A stretch of DNA of 64,000 bases, taken from Macrostomum lignano. Taxonomy: Eukaryota. The notes under the pieces are model-generated. The model made no database searches. It was not told the origin of the DNA and was given only the letters and a program-made list of their open reading frames with translations. Positions 61,405 through 64,000 of the stretch are shown here, in pieces (the first letter of the stretch is position 1; every line of letters starts with the position of its first letter). The stretch spans positions 248,001-312,000 of the forward strand of contig NIVC01001597.1 of assembly GCA_002269645.1 (NCBI GenBank), written 5' to 3'. The position numbers were made by a program, and so were the translations under genes.

Positions 61405-64000
61405 GTGGACATCCTGCAGCTTAACCTGCACCACTGCATCGCGGCCTCGACCAACCTGATGCAGGTGGCAAACTTTGCGAAACCGGGCATCATCCTACTC
61501 CAGGAGCCCTGGACAAAGAAAGGTAAGATTTCGAATATTCCTGCTGGTTTTGACTGTTTTCAAGACCCCCAAAACCCCAGAGCAGCCATTTTCGTTTCTA
61601 CCCACCTCAAAGCTTGGCACAGACCGGACCTCTCTGACAGAGACCTCTGTGTCATTCAGTCCAACCACATTATCACCAACCGCACGGTCATCATCGCCTC
61701 GATCTATATCCCTGGTGATGGCCCCGCGGTTCCACCCAACCTCACCTCCCTCGTGGACTACTGCTCTAACCGTAGGTTCGAGCTGCTGGTGGCGGGCGAC
61801 ATCAACGCTCACCACACCCACTGGGGCAGTAATACTTCCAATAGCAGAGGCGAGGAACTTCTTGCTTACATCTGCACCACCAACACTGAGTTTTGCAACA
61901 TTGGTGGAACCCCCACCTTTGACAACGGGCGATGGACGGAGGCCCTCGACGTTACCCTCGTCTCCCATGGCTTGGCTCCTTTAGTCAAGGACTGGGAGGT
62001 GTGGGACGAAGAGGAGTCTCTGTCTGACCATCGTTTCGTTCGTTTTCGTTTGCAATCCTCTTGCCCCAAGCCTCACATTCTGTGGAAAAGGAACGTCCGG
62101 AACACTGATTGGACGGCTTTCACGGAAACCCTGAAATGCCAGACAGATCAGCTGACTACCGTCGCTCCAACCACCTGTCAGGAAGTGGATGACCTTGCAG
62201 ACTTGCTCAGCAAGACCGTCCTGACAGCCCATGAGGCTTCCTGTCCTCTTAAAGCCTACAAAGGCAAAAAATCCGCCCCCTGGTGGCACCCGGTGCTCGG
62301 ATCCCTCCGGCGCAAGGCAAAGTGCCTCCAACGGAAAGCTCGCAAGAGCAAGGACCCAGCTGACCTGGCCGCCTATCAAGAAGCGATCCGCGACTTTAAG
62401 CGTGAAACCAGGAAAGCCAAGTCCGACAAATGGCGCCAATACTGCGCGGAGTTAGAAGGCACCCGCCCTACTTCGCGCGTAGTTAAGGCTCTCACCCTCG
62501 ACAAAATGTCAAAGCTCTCAGTTATTAAAAGACCGGACGGCCGGCTCGCTGAGAACCCTGGGGAATCGCTGGACATTATGCTCACCAGCTCTTTCCCACG
62601 TGCCGCACCGCAGCTAGGCCCACCGGACCACTCTCCGGGCGGACAGATCCTGGCTTCGACCATCATTACTAGAGAGAGGACGGCTCGCGCCGCAAAATCC
62701 TCTCCTTTTAAGTCCCCGGGTCCTGACAACATTTATCCTGCCTTCCTTTATGAGGCAGTTAAAAATGACAGGTTTCTCGGCCTCCTCTGCAACCTCTTCA
62801 AGGCCAGCATTACCCTCGGGTATGTGCCAAAAGCCTGGCAAGAGGCTACGGTAGTCTTCATACCCAAGCCAGGAAAGGGAGACTATCACTCCGCCAAAGC
62901 TTACCGCCCTATCAGTCTGACGTCCTTCTTCCTCAAACTGATGGAACGGCTGGTGCTCTGGCGCCTTCTCCTCGTTGAGCTGAGGAACTCCCCGCTCTCC
63001 CCTAATCAGCACGCCTTTCGTCCTGGACGTTCCATCGAAAGTGCGCTGCACGCCATTGTCGACAAGCTGGAGCGCGCCGTGCTTGGCAGTGGATACGCGC
63101 TATCGCTTTTCCTCGACATTGATGGTGCTTTTAACAATGTGCTCTTTGAAGCCTTTAAGCGAGCCCTGGAATCCCGGGGCACGCACGATCACCTCACCCG
63201 CTGGATCATGTACATGGTCTCCCATCGTACTGCCACCTCGCACCTCCTGGGACACTCACGCTCCGTGGAAGTCCAGAAAGGCGGACCGCAAGGTGGAGTC
63301 CTCAGCCCGATCCTCTGGAACTTAGTCATGGACGAGCTGCTTTGCAGCCCGCATCCGGACCCTGTTCAGAAGGTCGGCTATGCGGACGATGTTACCGCCA
63401 CTGTGGCTGGACCATCGCCCCCGGTCCTCAGGGACCTCCTTCAAGCCTTCATCCACCGTGCCGAGCGCTGGGCACATAGCTGCGGTCTCAGGTTCTCTGA
63501 ATCTAAAACCGTGGCTATCATGTTCACCAGCCGCCGAAACTGGAGGATCGAACCGCTCTCCCTCTACGGCAAACCTGTTGCCATGGAGAAACAAACTAGA
63601 TGTCTGGGCGTCACCCTCGACCACAGGTTGAGCTGGACCCCGCACATCCAAACCAAAGCCCGCAAAGCTCTCGCGACTCTCGCGCAGATCCGCAGAGCTT
63701 TCGGTGCTACTTGGGGCCTCACCCCCCGCCGCCTCTGGTGGATTTACACTGCGATTGTTAGACCGGCCATCTCCTTCGCCGGCTTCATTTGGAACAGTGC
63801 CCTAGAGGTGAAAGGGGTTCTTGAGGTTTTAAATAGGGTGCAAGGCCGCGCTTGTCGAGCTATCATGAGCGCGGCTCCCTCAACGCCCTTCGCTGGCATG
63901 AACTCCTTCTTGGACATTCCCCCCCTCGACCTCTTTGTTAGAGGGGAGGCTATGAAAACCACCCGTCGTCTGCTTGACGCGGGTGTCCAAATCCAGAAGC
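61405..64000 (+). CDS. LINE ORF2 (APE endonuclease plus reverse transcriptase), uninterrupted to the window end
   Basis: ILQLNLHHC, LLQEPW, GDINAHHTHWGS, SLSDHRF, KSPGPDNI, YRPISLTSFFLKLMER, QHAFRPGRS, FLDIDGAFNN, PQGGVLSP, GYADD; no stop found by manual translation. Confidence 0.93.
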   Translation, partial: MDILQLNLHHCIAASTNLMQVANFAKPGIILLQEPWTKKGKISNIPAGFDCFQDPQNPRAAIFVSTHLKAWHRPDLSDRDLCVIQSNHIITNRTVIIASIYIPGDGPAVPPNLTSLVDYCSNRRFELLVAGDINAHHTHWGSNTSNSRGEELLAYICTTNTEFCNIGGTPTFDNGRWTEALDVTLVSHGLAPLVKDWEVWDEEESLSDHRFVRFRLQSSCPKPHILWKRNVRNTDWTAFTETLKCQTDQLTTVAPTTCQEVDDLADLLSKTVLTAHEASCPLKAYKGKKSAPWWHPVLGSLRRKAKCLQRKARKSKDPADLAAYQEAIRDFKRETRKAKSDKWRQYCAELEGTRPTSRVVKALTLDKMSKLSVIKRPDGRLAENPGESLDIMLTSSFPRAAPQLGPPDHSPGGQILASTIITRERTARAAKSSPFKSPGPDNIYPAFLYEAVKNDRFLGLLCNLFKASITLGYVPKAWQEATVVFIPKPGKGDYHSAKAYRPISLTSFFLKLMERLVLWRLLLVELRNSPLSPNQHAFRPGRSIESALHAIVDKLERAVLGSGYALSLFLDIDGAFNNVLFEAFKRALESRGTHDHLTRWIMYMVSHRTATSHLLGHSRSVEVQKGGPQGGVLSPILWNLVMDELLCSPHPDPVQKVGYADDVTATVAGPSPPVLRDLLQAFIHRAERWAHSCGLRFSESKTVAIMFTSRRNWRIEPLSLYGKPVAMEKQTRCLGVTLDHRLSWTPHIQTKARKALATLAQIRRAFGATWGLTPRRLWWIYTAIVRPAISFAGFIWNSALEVKGVLEVLNRVQGRACRAIMSAAPSTPFAGMNSFLDIPPLDLFVRGEAMKTTRRLLDAGVQIQK

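Larger units (their letters stand above)
59340..64000 (+). mobile_element. Non-LTR retrotransposon of the LOA/R1 (I-group) type, apparently 5'-complete, runs off the window
   Basis: About 550-bp GC-rich 5' UTR (start approximate), ORF1 and ORF2. Confidence 0.88.

Overview
Eukaryotic (animal) genomic DNA, very rich in transposons and minisatellites. Its style resembles a free-living flatworm such as Macrostomum; that is an inference from pattern, not a database match. Host genes: two tandem GT32 (alpha-1,4-glycosyltransferase) paralogs, an intronless orphan Cys-rich type-I membrane protein, a dynein light chain, a cyclophilin cluster (cytosolic-type plus mitochondrial-type, partly inside a near-identical 4,784-bp tandem duplication), a GT-A fold glycosyltransferase of a bacterial/giant-virus-like type, and a four-TM protein. 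Mobile DNA: two 2-kb solo LTRs with 4-bp TSDs, a full-length Mag-like Gypsy (5-bp TSD), a Chapaev3-like transposon, a MULE with 9-bp TSD, several hAT-type MITEs with 8-bp TSDs, Tc1, hAT and RTE relics, a tRNA-derived SINE, and a LOA/R1-group LINE with intact ORF2. Most striking observations: (1) a MITE family (2 copies) carrying about 64 nt of 28S rRNA (helix 69 and the R2/I-PpoI target site) that is scrambled only across the cleavage site; (2) a mitochondrial-type cyclophilin with no genomic ATG that would be completed by a flatworm spliced-leader AUG; (3) CpG-focused decay between the Gypsy LTRs; (4) gene-conversion tracts between paralogs; (5) a canonical heat-shock promoter with no hsp gene behind it. 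All alignments and counts were done by eye.
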